Made by a program: the position numbers and the translations under genes. The notes under the pieces are model-generated. The model worked only from the letters and a program-made list of their open reading frames with translations. It did not search any database and had not been told where the DNA came from. From Octopus vulgaris (lineage: Eukaryota): a stretch of 64,000 nucleotides of DNA. Below, piece after piece: positions 1 through 12,336 of the stretch; the first letter of the stretch is position 1, and every line of letters starts with the position of its first letter. The stretch covers positions 42,160,001 through 42,224,000 of the forward strand of contig OX597819.1 of the NCBI GenBank assembly GCA_951406725.2, read 5' to 3'.

Positions 1-117
1 TATATATATATAGCGTAGTATTTATTACGGTTGCTATTTTCCAGTAAATATCGGTACTTCGTTGTACCATTTATTTCAGAGACTGACCAGTATAATGCAG
101 GGACAAACCACTGTCCA

Positions 118-1331
118 ACAAAATAATGGAAACAGCTAGCATTATAGAATCATAATTTTGCGGTATCTCTAAAACCGTCAAAAGCTTGTTTATTTATTAT
201 TTATTTTTTTTGGTTTATTATTAGTGTTGCTTAATATGTTTTGCTAAAATTGCTGTTTCTTTTCAGATATCATCAAAAAGAGGTAATTAAAATTCATTAA
301 AATGACAGATCTATTTGACTTTCAAAGAGGTCAAATTGCTGGTGCTCGTATGACAGACGCTAGCGTAACGAAAACAGCTGAAATGTTTGGCGAATCAAGA
401 AGTACTGTCTCGAAAGTAATGACAGCCTTTGAGAAAGACCTTCTCGTCGAAACAAAACTCCGGAAGAAAACCAAAACTTTCAGATAGGGACCGTCGGACT
501 CTTACGTGAATTGTTAGAAAGGATCACAAAAATACAGCTCCCAAAATTACAAGAGAGCTTAATGACCACCTCGAGAACCCAGTTTCCACAAAAACTGTTC
601 GTTGGGAGTTGCACAAAGCCGGATTTCACGCGAGGGCTGCTATAAGAAAACCACTACTTTCAAAATCAAAAGTTGCAAAGCGTTTAGAGTGGAGTAAAAA
701 CCTACAGAATTGGTCCCTAGAGCAGTGGAAGAATATTTTCTTGGACGAGTCATCCTTTACCGTATTTCCGACTACTGGCCGAGTATACGTAGGGAGACAG
801 CCAAAAGAAGCATTTGATCCAGACTACCTTCTTCCAACTGTTAAACATGGAGGAGGATCTGTAATGATCTTAGGGACAATATCTTGGAAATCGGCCGGCC
901 CAATGGTTTCCATTCATGGCAGATTTAATAGTCAAGATTATTTAAGCATTTTATCTAATCAAATTCATCCTATGGTTGCAGAACTGTTTCCGGAGGGAAA
1001 CGCAATCTTTCAGGATGATAATGCACCAATTCACAGAGCTAAAGTTGTAACTGAATAGTACGAGGAACATTCTAGTGAAGTTGAACATCTTATCTGGCCC
1101 ATTTATGGTGCATTTTAGGAGAATAAGTAAGGAGTCGATATCCTCCACCATCATCACTACAAGAACTGGAAACTGTTTTAGCTGAAGAATGAATAAAAGT
1201 TCATTTAGAAACAATTCAAATTTTGTACGTGTCCATACCTCGTAGAATTCAAGGTGTAATTATTGCCAAAGATGTTCCTACCCCATATTGAAATAAACTT
1301 GTTTGAAACTTAAGGTTTTTTGTCCAACCCT

Positions 1332-1335
<4 letters not shown>
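118..1335 (+). mobile_element. Degenerate Tc1-family DNA transposon (transposase pseudogene)
   Basis: HTH N-terminus (302-487); RKPLLS, FLDESSF, TVKHGGGSVM and FQDDNAPIH motifs (609-1058) with frameshifts and stops; TIR remnants acaaaataatggaaac (~118) and ttttgtccaacccttgtg-TA (~1335). Confidence 0.9.
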
Positions 1336-1427
<92 letters not shown>

Positions 1428-1845
1428 CACACGCACAAACACGCGCACATGTATGTGTGTATTACTTAACCCATATATGCCCATAAAAAATGAAGTCTTA
1501 AAATTTCTCTGTATTTAGATTAAACGTTATGGTAAGCTTTCACAATCTAGAAGAGAAGGACAGAATGCACCAGCGAGCTAAGCACTTCGCCCGGCCTGCT
1601 AACGGTTCTGCCAGCTCGCCGCCTTCCTAAGATGAAGAATAACGATTATCTTTGTATACTTCCATTTTATTTCGATCTGAAGAGGTTTTATTTCTTTTTA
1701 ATTGCAAAGTCTCTTTGATACAGAACTTCACTATGATATCACGAACACTTTGAAATTATATTTCCCATCATAGAAACTACTTCGATTATTATTTTAGCAA
1801 GTTTAAAGTGATTTCTTGGGTGCTGTAAACTATTTATCATTTCTG

Positions 1846-2004
1846 TGATGCTCCACCCCTCCCTTGACGCCGCACCCCTCCCTTGATGCTCCACCCCTCC
1901 TTTGATGCCCCACCCCTCCATTGACACCCCACCCCTCCGTTGATGCACCACCCCTCCATTGATGCCCCACCCCTCCCTTGATGCCCCGCCCATTCCTTGA
2001 TACC
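1846..2004. repeat. 19-bp minisatellite (TGATGCYCCACCCCTCCHT), about 8 units
   Basis: Tandem units read directly. Confidence 0.9.
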
Positions 2005-2286
2005 CTAAGGACGTGCTTGTTTTGCTTAATGATTAATTCAGCGTTGGGTGCAAGCATTGGATCTGGCTCTCCCGTTTCAAAATAGCTCACTCCTCTTGCT
2101 TCATCACTCTCAGAGACCCTAAAAAGTATCATGAACGCTGCTCTATTTTTCCTTAGTCATAAATGCTAGGGTCCTATTCGAGTAACTCACTATAGTAGTG
2201 AAGGGGTCACATAAGGGTCCCACTCAAGGAACTCATTACAGCCGTCGAGGGGTCAGGAATATCTTGTTCTTAATAATATTACTCAC

Positions 2287-2386
2287 CGTAGCACCACTGG
2301 ACCGCTATCAGTTCGGCAAAACAAATGAAAAGCAGCGAGAAAGAGCCTGCATGGCTGTCCAGTAGTGTCACCACGTATTGTCCACC
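2287..2386 (-). CDS. SLC6A4: SERT-like exon, TM10: GGQYVVTLLDSHAGSFSLLFICFAELIAVQWCY(G)
   Basis: 100 nt; cccag|GGT acceptor, G|gtgag donor. Confidence 0.93.
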
Positions 2387-2689
2387 CTGGGTAGAGACAG
2401 AAATACACGGATGATTAGCAAAAGCAATTAAGGCGTGGAAGCAACAACAACAAAAACAAACAAACAAGCAACACAAACGTTTTCATTATCACCAGCGAAC
2501 TCCCACACTACTTCCGGTACCACCGCATCTCAATTACCAAAGACACCACCACGCCTCCATCACACTACAAACACAAATAAAAGCACTGGTACTATGACTA
2601 CTTCCGTCACACCGCTACACCACATACACTACCACCTCTACTACACACCAATGCGCCATACTACTTCACCATCACATAACTATGTCATA

Positions 2690-3095
2690 AACACTACTAC
2701 TAGTACGACGACGACGGCCATTACTACCACCATCACTACAACCACCACTGCCACCAGCACTACTACAACAACCACTACTGCTGCTGCTGCTACTACTACT
2801 ACTGCTATTACCACCACCACCACCACCACCACCAAAATCACCGCCACCACCAGTACCACCACCACCACTAATACAGACACACTACTTCCCATACCACCAC
2901 TGACACCACCACTACTGCCGCTGCTGCTACTACTACAACTGCTATTATTACCACTACCACCACCACCACCACCACCAATACCACCGCCACCACCAGTACC
3001 ACCACCACTAATACAGACACACTACTTCCCATACAACCACTGACACCACCACATCATCACCACCACCACTACCACCACAGCAACACCAACAACAA
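2690..3095. repeat. Compound (ACC/ACT/GCT)n microsatellite with an internal ~70-bp direct duplication
   Basis: ccgccaccaccagtaccacc...taatacagacacactacttcccatac..ccactgacaccacca occurs at ~2841 and ~2983. Confidence 0.85.
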
Positions 3096-3116
3096 TAATA
3101 AAGAAAAGTTACTTAC

Positions 3117-3245
3117 ATAAGTTGTAGTCGGTAGAGCGAGCAAGAACAACGCTGATAAAAGGATAGCCACGAACACTTCCCGATGACGCCGTATCAACGA
3201 GACTTCATCTGTGAACCCTGTCATCAAACTTTCCAATCCTCCGAA
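3117..3245 (-). CDS. SLC6A4: SERT-like exon, TM8-TM9: FGGLESLMTGFTDEVSLIRRHREVFVAILLSALFLLALPTTTY
   Basis: 129 nt, translated by hand; ccacag|TTC acceptor, TAT|gtaagt donor. Confidence 0.93.
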
Positions 3246-3316
3246 CTGTGGACATACAGACAGACAGAACAGCAGATAGTTAAGTGAAGGTACACATAGG
3301 TGTGTAGCTTGTTTAA

Positions 3317-3829
3317 CCCATTTTGCCTGCCATGAGCCCCATTTGGGGCTCTGCTAAAAGCAGTCACGCTGCCGGTTGTTCGTTGTAGCTAAAGTGAATT
3401 GCTTATGTACAATGCATTTGCAGAGGTGTGTTTAACAATATTTATTAATTAAAGTTAGCTCTGGTTAATTCTAGGCGACATTTTATGTCATAAATCGCAA
3501 TTTTTGAATTACAAAAATATTGACTGTTTTGAAAAGGTTTTTTGTTTCGCATTTCCCATCTGTATCATTCATTGATATTTCAAATACATTCGCATTTGAT
3601 ACTATAGTTTCAAAAAAAAAAAAAATTGTAAAATGTTTATTGCAACTGAATAAAAAATGATAAATGTGCCTTTTTTCAGAGATCCCTATTTGGAACTTGT
3701 CGAAAAATTTATCATAATTACCAAAATAATTCACACATGAAGAAAATTTAAATACTATATATTATTTTAACTCCTAAGACACCTGGCAAAGGCAAAAAAT
3801 ATGAATAAAAAAATTTGGCAGTTAATGGG
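3317..3829. mobile_element. Non-autonomous piggyBac-like element
   Basis: TTAA on both sides (3313-3316, 3830-3833); ends CCCATT...CTGCCA / TGGCAGTTAATGGG. Confidence 0.6.
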
Positions 3830-4199
3830 TTAATGGAGGTAACGTGCAGTAAGCCATCCCTCACGTACTGGAATGTATCAATGATTGATTATTTAGGGTA
3901 ATTATTTAGTGGTGAGCGGACATGGACAGCATCTTGATCCTCTTACGGTAGACACGGAGGAATGTCGGAGTTGTGACAGGTGGAGGCTGAAGGAGGGAAG
4001 CATCAGTACCTCCCTACACCCGATGGTACTTATTATTACTGCTGAGTAGATTGCGGCAGTGTTTGATGAAGTACCTTGCTCAAGGACGTAACGCTGTACC
4101 CGGTCCAGGAGTTGAACTCACGATTTTATGATCGAGAACCGAATGCTCTGCTCATTAGGTGACGTTGTCTTCACGGGACGGAGGTAAATAGATGAGTAC

Positions 4200-4455
4200 A
4201 GTAAGTATAGTCTCGCGTCGTTGGACTCATGGGGCCAGTTACTCGGTTCCCATGGTGACTGAGTGACCGAGATGTGAATAACCCCACCTCCTGAACGGGA
4301 CGCCAATCCACTGCAAGGTTTACAGCCGAATGGACTGGGGCAACGTGAAAAGAAGCGTTTTCTGTAAGAACACAACGCGTCGCCCGGTTCGGGAATCGAG
4401 AACCTGATCTTGCAATCTTGACAGCACCACCCTAACCACTAGGACACGTGACCTA
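4200..4455 (-). mobile_element. tRNA-SINE family D (degenerate)
   Basis: Head with ctagtggttaggg and B-box-like ttctcgattccc; homologous to 44160-44405. Confidence 0.6.
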
Positions 4456-4773
4456 ACAGATGGATTGAGAGAATTCTGGATAACGAAAGATGGTTAGTCA
4501 TGTGGGGAGAGAGATGGATTCACTAGAGATACTTTATTTAAAAAACATGTCAGGTACAAGGTCTGTGGGAGCCGTCTTGATTGTGCAAACTGCATGGATC
4601 GATGGATTGCGTTTATAGTGTGACGTCATTTATTCCCAAATACTGAGACAAATGTGATTTTCAGATGCATACCACGTTAACTTGGTGATTTAATTAGGGC
4701 GTGGCCTGAGAGTCGGTTCCTCTGCTGGACGTGGGGTCGATTCCGCTTGATTCTCCGAGTCCGGCTTTCTACG

Positions 4774-4855
<82 letters not shown>

Positions 4856-5076
4856 CATTCACCACAAATATAAAAAAAGTAAAACCAGAAAAGCTATACA
4901 AAATATCAACAAAAGATTAAAACAAATGAAATCGTTAGAATTAAACGTAGAAAAAACTGTGTCCGCTTACGTATACACATATCTCCACATATATACACAT
5001 ATGATGCAGCGACAGTGAATAGACACACAAACGTGCATGTCCATGCGCGAGTGTCTGTGTGTGAACGTGTGTGTGC

Positions 5077-5134
<58 letters not shown>

Positions 5135-5649
5135 CAGACAATAGGCAGAAACGTTAGAGCATTGGATTGAATGTCTTGTGGTAATCGTTCTGAGTCTCTG
5201 CTCTCTGAGTGCAGATCCCGTCGAGGTCATACGTTCGGCGTTGATAAAATAAAGAAACAGCCAGACACTAAGTGGGGGTGAATGTAATTAACTTGTTCCC
5301 CTCCCCTCAAAACATGACTGGCTTTGAACCCGACGTCCCGTTCAGAGGAGAATCTTTGAATTTCGGTCATTTATACGTCAGGGAAACCGGGCGACCGACT
5401 TTTAGGAGTCGTAGCGCCGGAGAAGACAACGACAACAACAGCAGCAGCAGCAGCTAATTTCTGGCTCCACTTGATTGATTTCCAACTATTCTGTTAGATA
5501 CAAGAATAAACAATTACCACTTCCTTACTAACGCATTCCTTTTATTTCATCAAATATTATTTGTAGCTTTGTACATACGCCAGACGTACACATGCACCCC
5601 CTGACCGCCCCCACCACCATTCTATATGTATATCTACGTGAGCGTGCAC

Positions 5650-5713
<64 letters not shown>

Positions 5714-5847
5714 ATACATCTGCCTATCTATTTATATACATACATATGTATACTGTACAAAATTATATATCTGCGTGTGTGTTTACATACATATCTCCAC
5801 ATATAAATAAATACATACATACCTACATACATACATACATACATATA

Positions 5848-6094
5848 TTAGGTTGGTGCATAATTATTGCGGCTTTTTTCCCAACAAATTTTATTCAACA
5901 AAAACAATAACAACATGTAACAAAAACATCTTTAAATGATTATTCCGGAGCATATTCACCATCTACTTCAATTACTCTTTCTCATTTACTTGGCAGACGG
6001 TCAGACCGTCATTTAAAGATGTTTTTGTTAAATACTATTATTGTTGTTGTTGGATAAAACTTGTTGAAAAAAATCCGCAACAATTATCACCAAC

Positions 6095-6098
<4 letters not shown>
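5848..6098. mobile_element. Mariner-derived palindromic MITE
   Basis: TA-flanked; TIR ttaggttggtgcataattattgcgg (Hsmar1/MADE1-like); ~90-bp inverted arms; centre encodes a mariner C-terminus on the minus strand (RLPSK*ERVIEVDGEYAPE*). Confidence 0.85.
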
Positions 6099-6151
<53 letters not shown>

Positions 6152-6427
6152 CATATATACGGATATACATGCGTATATAAATGCATATATACATATATAC
6201 ATACTTGTATTTGTACATAATATATATGTGTATAAATACCAACATATATATAACATCATATGTATGTATTTATGTACACGTATACACTTATAAATGGTAC
6301 GGTCAATAGACAGCAGTGTGATAAGAGGGCGAGTGGTGATGGAGGAATGAGTAGCAAATCAAGGAGCGGCCAGCAAAGAAATGTGTTCATATTTTACATT
6401 CTCTCTACAAAATATTGAACGAACGAG

Positions 6428-6820
6428 ATTAGAATCGTTAGCACGCTGGACGAAAAGCTTAGCCGTATTTCGTCTGCCGCTACGTTCTGAGTCCAAATTC
6501 TGCCGAGATCGACTTTGCCTTTCATCCTTTCGGGGTCGATTAAATAAGTACCAGTTGCGCACTGGAGTCGATGTAATCGACTTAATACGTGTTTCTGTCC
6601 TTGTTTGTCCCCTCTGTGTTTAGCCCCTTGTGGGTAGTAAAGAAATAGGTATTTCGTCTGCTGTTATGTTCTGAGTTCAAATTGCGTCGAGGTCGACTTC
6701 ACCTTTTATCCTTTCGGGGTCGATAAATTGTGTACATGTTGAGTACTGGGGTCGATGTAATCGACTGTCCCCCTCCCCCCAAATTTCAGGCCTTGTGTCA
6801 ATTACAGAAAGGATTGTTAG
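6428..6820 (+). mobile_element. tRNA-SINE family B, two tandem partial copies
   Basis: gagttcaaatt B-box region; gcctttcatcctttcggggtcgat core (Deu/Nin-like); tail gcccct...aaagaaatagg. Confidence 0.85.
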
Positions 6821-7099
6821 GAGTGAAAAGAAAGACTGCGAACTATGAAACTGTTGTCTCAGCTGTTGAAGAATGGAATACGAATTGGTTTTGGTTATGT
6901 AGTACTAGTCACGACACCGAACTGTAGTGAATATTGTCATAGATGAACACCAGTAAAAGGGATATAGAAAATGCATGAAGGGAGTGGTTGAGCAACAACA
7001 CCGAACAAATATGAAGAAAGCTGTTTGAAAATATTCAGTTTGTTGATAACCAGTAAAAAATGAAATGAGAGTATGATCTTTTGCGAACGAGGATAAACA

Positions 7100-8220
7100 G
7101 AATGAAACCGTCAAAGATGGTGGTATGGCGAGCTGATCCCTGCAAGATCACTGCTTTGGCATCTTCTTCACAAACTCCTTCTCATCAGCATCATCTGCTT
7201 TCTTCTATAAATCCACAAATCCAACAATGCCCCACAGCCACATCGTTTCCTCTTGCAGCTGCTCCAACTTCTCTGATCTCCAAGTATCTGGAACAATACT
7301 TCTAACTCAAACCCACAACCCAGCCCTTCAGCTAATTCTCTTTCCCTCCCGTCTCCTCCTATCTCCTTTTCATCCTAGACAGTGAATCCTTTACAATGTC
7401 GTTCCCTACAGTGATGTCCTAACTCTCTAATGGTTCCTCAACTGTTACGTTACTCTCGAACCCAGCATATTTATTTCCTTCTATTTCGCTTCTCCTTTTT
7501 CGAAATGTTTTCTCAATCAGTGACTTGAGTGGTCATAGGAACTAGAATCGGTCCCAAAAGCATCAACTTATTCCTTCGTCATGTTGAGGCTCTCACCCAT
7601 TTTACCGGATCTCCTCACGACCCCTGTACATTCAGTAGATTAGCGATTGTATTGTAACCACTTCTTTTGCTCGTAAACTGTTCAAGTCCTATGGTAGTGA
7701 CTTGACAGAAACGTTAGCGCGCCGGGCGAAATGCTTAGCGGTATTTCGTCTACCTTTACGTCCTAAATTCAAATTCCGCCGAGGTCGACTTTGCCTTTCA
7801 TCCTTTTGGGCTCGATAGATTAAGTACCAGTTGCATACTGGAGTCGATCTAATCGACTGGCCCATCCTCCCCATTTCGGGCCTTGTGCCTAGAGTAGAAA
7901 AAAAAAGAGAGTTCAAGTCCTTCGTCACTTTTCTTAACTCCCTCCACCTTCCACTAGAATTCTCATCCATTTTCTCAATTACATCTGTTAACTTTCAACC
8001 TAGTCATCTCTGTTTTCACTTCAGCTCCACCATATTTCTGCCTGTCTTTTCAAACCCCACCACTTCCCCCACTTATCCCTCTCCATCTCCTCTACAGCTA
8101 CGACTCCATCTTTAAAATCCATGTATGGCTCGTCACACCACATGCCACAACTCTTCCCTAACATTTATCAGCAACGATTGCTTTCGCGTTCGCCATGCCG
8201 CCGACTGACTGACCTCCGCC
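7100..8220 (+). pseudogene. Decayed Penelope-like element (PLE) reverse transcriptase, interrupted by a SINE
   Basis: Motif remnants VVIGTRIGPKSINLF (cf. xAMGxxxxPxxANLF), LYIQ*ISDCI (cf. RYIDD), FLNSLHLPLEFSSIFSITSVNF, VFSNPT. Confidence 0.7.
7691..7910 (+). mobile_element. tRNA-SINE family B variant inserted in the PLE remnant
   Basis: 11-bp TSD GTTCAAGTCCT at 7680-7690 and 7911-7921. Confidence 0.9.
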
Positions 8221-8564
8221 TTAATGCTTCATGTCCGTTCCATAACTAACTAACTTCTTCTTCTTCTTCTTCTTCCAATCAGGACTCACGCCATGAGCCA
8301 CAAAGAATAATCTCTAATTCGAGCCCACTCTAAGCTACTAAGAATGCATGTGGCAACTTGAAGATCCACCCACCACACGCGATAGACTGGCGGTTGCACG
8401 GGCGCGAAAGCTACGTTGTTATCCTCATTCCGTAAACAGTGGCTTTTTTAACGGGTGGAGAGCTGAACCATCCTGGGGTACAGAGGATTCGCAATCTAGA
8501 CTAGGGTTTGAAAGTTTACCACACCATAGTGGGTTACACCATAGTTTCTCTGCTTTGTGGTAGA

Positions 8565-8752
8565 AGTAGGAAGAAAGAGTGAGAGAAAGTTGTGAAGGAG
8601 TACAGCGGGGTTCACCACCACTCCCGCCAGAGCCTCGTGGAGCTTAGGTGTTTTTGTTTAATAAACACTCACAATGCCCGGTCTGGGAATCGAAACCACG
8701 TTCTTATGATCGCGAGTCAACTGCACTAACTACTGGGCCATTGCGCTTCCAC
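8565..8752 (-). mobile_element. tRNA-SINE family C, 5' half
   Basis: Reverse complement of the head at 9509. Confidence 0.85.
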
Positions 8753-8907
8753 GCTGTTGTTGTCACTTTAATGGTGTTGGTAAGGTTAAAGACATTGGTG
8801 AAGATGGTGGTGGAGGTTGTACTGATGATGATGATGATGATGATGGCAACGACGACGACGACGATGTTGATGATGATGATGAAATTAAATGTAATTGTTC
8901 AACTTAC

Positions 8908-9020
8908 CGTACTGTCTAAACCAAGTGTTATGAGCATCAAAAAGAAAATGATTGCCCAGAAAGTTGAACCGCTCATCATAGAAACTGCTTCCGGGTAAAC
9001 CACAAACACCAGACCTGGAC
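8908..9020 (-). CDS. SLC6A4: SERT-like exon, EL4-TM8: [38 protein letters not shown]
   Basis: 113 nt, translated by hand; ttttag|GT acceptor, ACG|gtaag donor; LGLDST Na2-site motif. Confidence 0.95.
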
Positions 9021-9078
9021 CTAAAAAAGAAACGCATTAAAAACTGCTTCAGTCAGTCCGCATAGATACACATTTAAC

Positions 9079-9159
<81 letters not shown>

Positions 9160-9444
9160 GCACGCACACACACACACATATATATATATTAATCTGGATC
9201 CATTCCATCTCAGTCGGAGATTTTTTCATTAATTTTTTTTTAACTAAACAGTTTGAAACTTGGAATACTGGTAGAATTTCTCACGTAGAACCAGGTTTAC
9301 TCTAAACGTTTTTGACAAAATTATTTCGTGTTAAAATTGTCGTATTTGGGTAATTTCAGCCAATCAATGACGTGTATTCGGTTGAAGAATGCTACTGCTG
9401 TGTGCGATAGTAATCGAAGAGGAACAACTTCCGGGTCATCTCTA

Positions 9445-9508
<64 letters not shown>

Positions 9509-9509
<1 letters not shown>

Positions 9510-9890
9510 GTGGAGGCGCAATGGTCCAGTGGTTAGGGCAGCGGACTCGTGGTCATAGGGTCGCGGTTTCGATTCCCACACCGGGCGTTGTGAGTGTTTA
9601 CTGAGCGAAAGCACCTAAAGCTTCACGAGGCTATGACAGGGGGTGGTAGCGAACCCTGCTATATTCTTTCACCACAACTTTCTTTCACTCTTTCTTCCTG
9701 TTTCTGTTGTACCTGTATTACAAAGGGCCAGCCTTGTCACGCTCTGTGTCACGCTGAATCTCCCTGAGAGCTACGTTAAGGGTACACGTCTCTGTGGAGT
9801 GCTCAGCCACTTGCATGTTAATTTGACGAACAGGCTGTTTTGTTGATAGGATCAACTGAAACCGTCGTCGTCGAAACCGACGGTGTGCCA
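9509..9890 (+). mobile_element. tRNA-SINE family C, full length
   Basis: A box tggtccagtgg, B box gtttcgattcc; shared body with 22525 and 47530; flanked by (TATC)n. Confidence 0.9.
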
Positions 9891-9969
9891 CGATCTATCT
9901 ATCTGTCTGTCTGTTCATCACTCAAAGACTGTATGTAAATAAAAGAAACAACAAAAGTATTGGACCAAC

Positions 9970-10094
9970 CGGCTACAGCTATATCATCGATTTCTATTTC
10001 CGCAACGTACGCCATGTAACCAAGCACGGAGAATACGACAAAACCAGCCAGGAAGCTTGTGAAGCAGTTGATAACACTTGTTGCCATGGCGTCT
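9970..10094 (-). CDS. SLC6A4: SERT-like exon, TM7-EL4: DAMATSVINCFTSFLAGFVVFSVLGYMAYVAEIEIDDIAVA(G)
   Basis: 125 nt; tttcag|A acceptor, G|gttggt donor. Confidence 0.93.
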
Positions 10095-10187
10095 CTGAAA
10101 CAAAATGCAAATACATAGATGTAGAAATTTATGCTGCGGGATTCTCCCTGTTTCAAGGTTTCACATCAACAATGACCTCTCTCTCTT

Positions 10188-10227
<40 letters not shown>

Positions 10228-10248
10228 CACCACAAACACTCATCACCC

Positions 10249-10337
<89 letters not shown>

Positions 10338-10406
10338 GGAGTAAACACATAAATGTGAAACAAGGTGGAAAAAAGAGTACTCAAATACCAGTGGTAGAGT
10401 AATATG

Positions 10407-10511
10407 CTTTATTTTAAGCAGCAGAAAATTCAACAAAATCTGTTACTCTGAGTTTCTCAACGAGAAACTCAGAGTAACAGATTTTGTTGAATTTTCTGCT
10501 GCTTAAAATAA

Positions 10512-10513
<2 letters not shown>
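10407..10513. repeat. Perfect inverted repeat: 52-bp arms, 3-nt loop
   Basis: 10407-10458 is the exact reverse complement of 10462-10513. Confidence 0.97.
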
Positions 10514-10562
<49 letters not shown>

Positions 10563-10563
<1 letters not shown>

Positions 10564-11855
10564 GAGGGACGTTCAATAAGTAATGTCTCTGACCCACTTG
10601 CAGTTGTTTGATCTAGCTGAAATTTTGAATGTGCAATTATTTATATCTCTATAGATTAACTGGCAAATTACAGCTCTGAACTAATTGTGGTTTCTGACTT
10701 ACAGGTGTTTGAACTGAGTCAAGTGTGAAATGGAGCCTGTTGAGTGTCGAGCAGTGATCCGGTTTTTGTATTTGAAAGGACGCAAACCACGGGAGACTTT
10801 TGATGAAATGAAAGTAACTTATGGTGATGATGCCCCATCATATGACCTTGTAAAACGCTGGCATCGTGAATTCAAACATGGTCGGAACTCTGTGGAAACA
10901 GCTCCCAGATCTGGTCGCCCCTCTTTCTGCCATTGATGAGGCATCTGTCCGTCAAGTTGATGCTGCCATTTTGGAAGATCGACGCATAACTATTCGCTAA
11001 ATAGCCTATGAGGTCAAGATTAGTACCGGGTCTGTGGAAACTATCATTCATGACCATTTGCATTTGCAAAAGGTGTCTGCCAGATGGATTCCCAGGTTGC
11101 TCAAACATTTCCAGAAGCAAGAACGCGTCGTGTGCTCGAGGATGAATTTGGAGATGTGCCAAGAAGATGAGTCAACATTTTTCAAAAGACTGATTACACA
11201 GGATGAAACCTGGGTTCATCACTATGATCCAGTGACCAAAGCCCAGTCAATGCAGTGGAAGCACCGTGACTCACCTCCTCCAAAGAAGGCAAGGGTGCAG
11301 CCCTCCGCTGGCAAGGTCATGCTCACAGTCTTCTGGGACCAGGACGGAGTAGTGATGACAGATTTCCTGGCAAAGGGTACCACAATTACAGGAGCCTATT
11401 ATGCTTCACTTTTGAGGAAATTAAGAGAAGCTATCAAAATCAAGAGGCGGGGCAAGATCAGCAAAGGCATCCTCCTCCTGCACGACAACGCTCCGGTCCA
11501 CAACTCGTGTGTCGCCAGATCAGAAGCACAGGCGTGCGGCTATGAACTCCTCCCCCATTTTCCCTACTCTCTTGACCTTGCACCCTCTGATTTTCACCTC
11601 TTCCCAGCCATGAAGTTGTTTTTGAAAGGAGAGCGTTTCCCAGATGATGCAGCCTTGATTTCTGAAGTCACGTCGTGGTTGGAGGACCAAGCTGGGGTCT
11701 TCTACAAAATCGGTCTCCAGAGCTGCATCAAACGATGGGAGAAATGCGTAACTCTGGGTGATTTCTATGTAGAAAAAGACTAATAACTGTGCCAAGTTTC
11801 GTTGCTCTACTGCTATGGGAAGTGGGTCAGGGGCATTACTTATTGAACGTCCCTC

Positions 11856-11856
<1 letters not shown>
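10563..11856 (+). mobile_element. Near-intact mariner (D,D34D) transposon, irritans/Himar-like
   Basis: 37-bp TIRs with 2 mismatches (cgagggacgttcaataagtaatg...), embedded in (TA)n; transposase 10730-11783 with WIPRLL, QDETW, HDNA and DLAPSDFHLF; one frameshift (~10925) and one stop (10998). Confidence 0.97.
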
Positions 11857-11889
<33 letters not shown>

Positions 11890-11891
<2 letters not shown>

Positions 11892-12250
11892 GGGACAAGA
11901 ACGCAAAACATCCAGACAGTTAGGTGACACAAAAAAGGGACAAGAAAATATCCAGACAGACGATACAAGGAAAACAAGGACGGGTCATTCGGAGTTTTCA
12001 ATCCTCCGTCAAGTTCCAGATTATCTTTGCAATTTCGACTGGCTATACTCGAGATTGCTCCAATCTGGCCAGCCCCAAAGAAAAAAATATGCTAAGAGTA
12101 TTAGATTCCTTGGAAGAAAGTAGCGAATGTATACAAGGACGGAAAGAAAAACAGAGAAATGTTACACAAACACAAATAACAGGATATAACGACAGGTGTC
12201 ATTCGATTAAGGACGAATTAAATCAAGCTGGCGTGTGTGGAAGTAAAGCG
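11890..12250 (-). repeat. Dispersed repeat, probably PLE terminal-repeat derived; inverted homolog of 18290-18600
   Basis: Shared segment ...cgaaa(t/c)tg(c/t)aaagataatctggaa..ttgac(g/t)gagg with the 18.3-18.6 kb copy. Confidence 0.55.
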
Positions 12251-12261
12251 TTACGGCAGGG

Positions 12262-12336
<75 letters not shown>

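Noticed and set aside
1-2286. Expected TM11/TM12 exons
   Set aside because: No matching peptide found; the region is mostly Tc1 and repeats.
2435-3043. Thr/Pro-rich mucin-like ORF
   Set aside because: (ACC/ACT)n microsatellite, antisense within a 730-bp intron.
9509-9587. Possible tRNA genes (also 23406, 26568, 46236)
   Set aside because: SINE heads: no convincing acceptor stem, and the same heads continue into repeat bodies.
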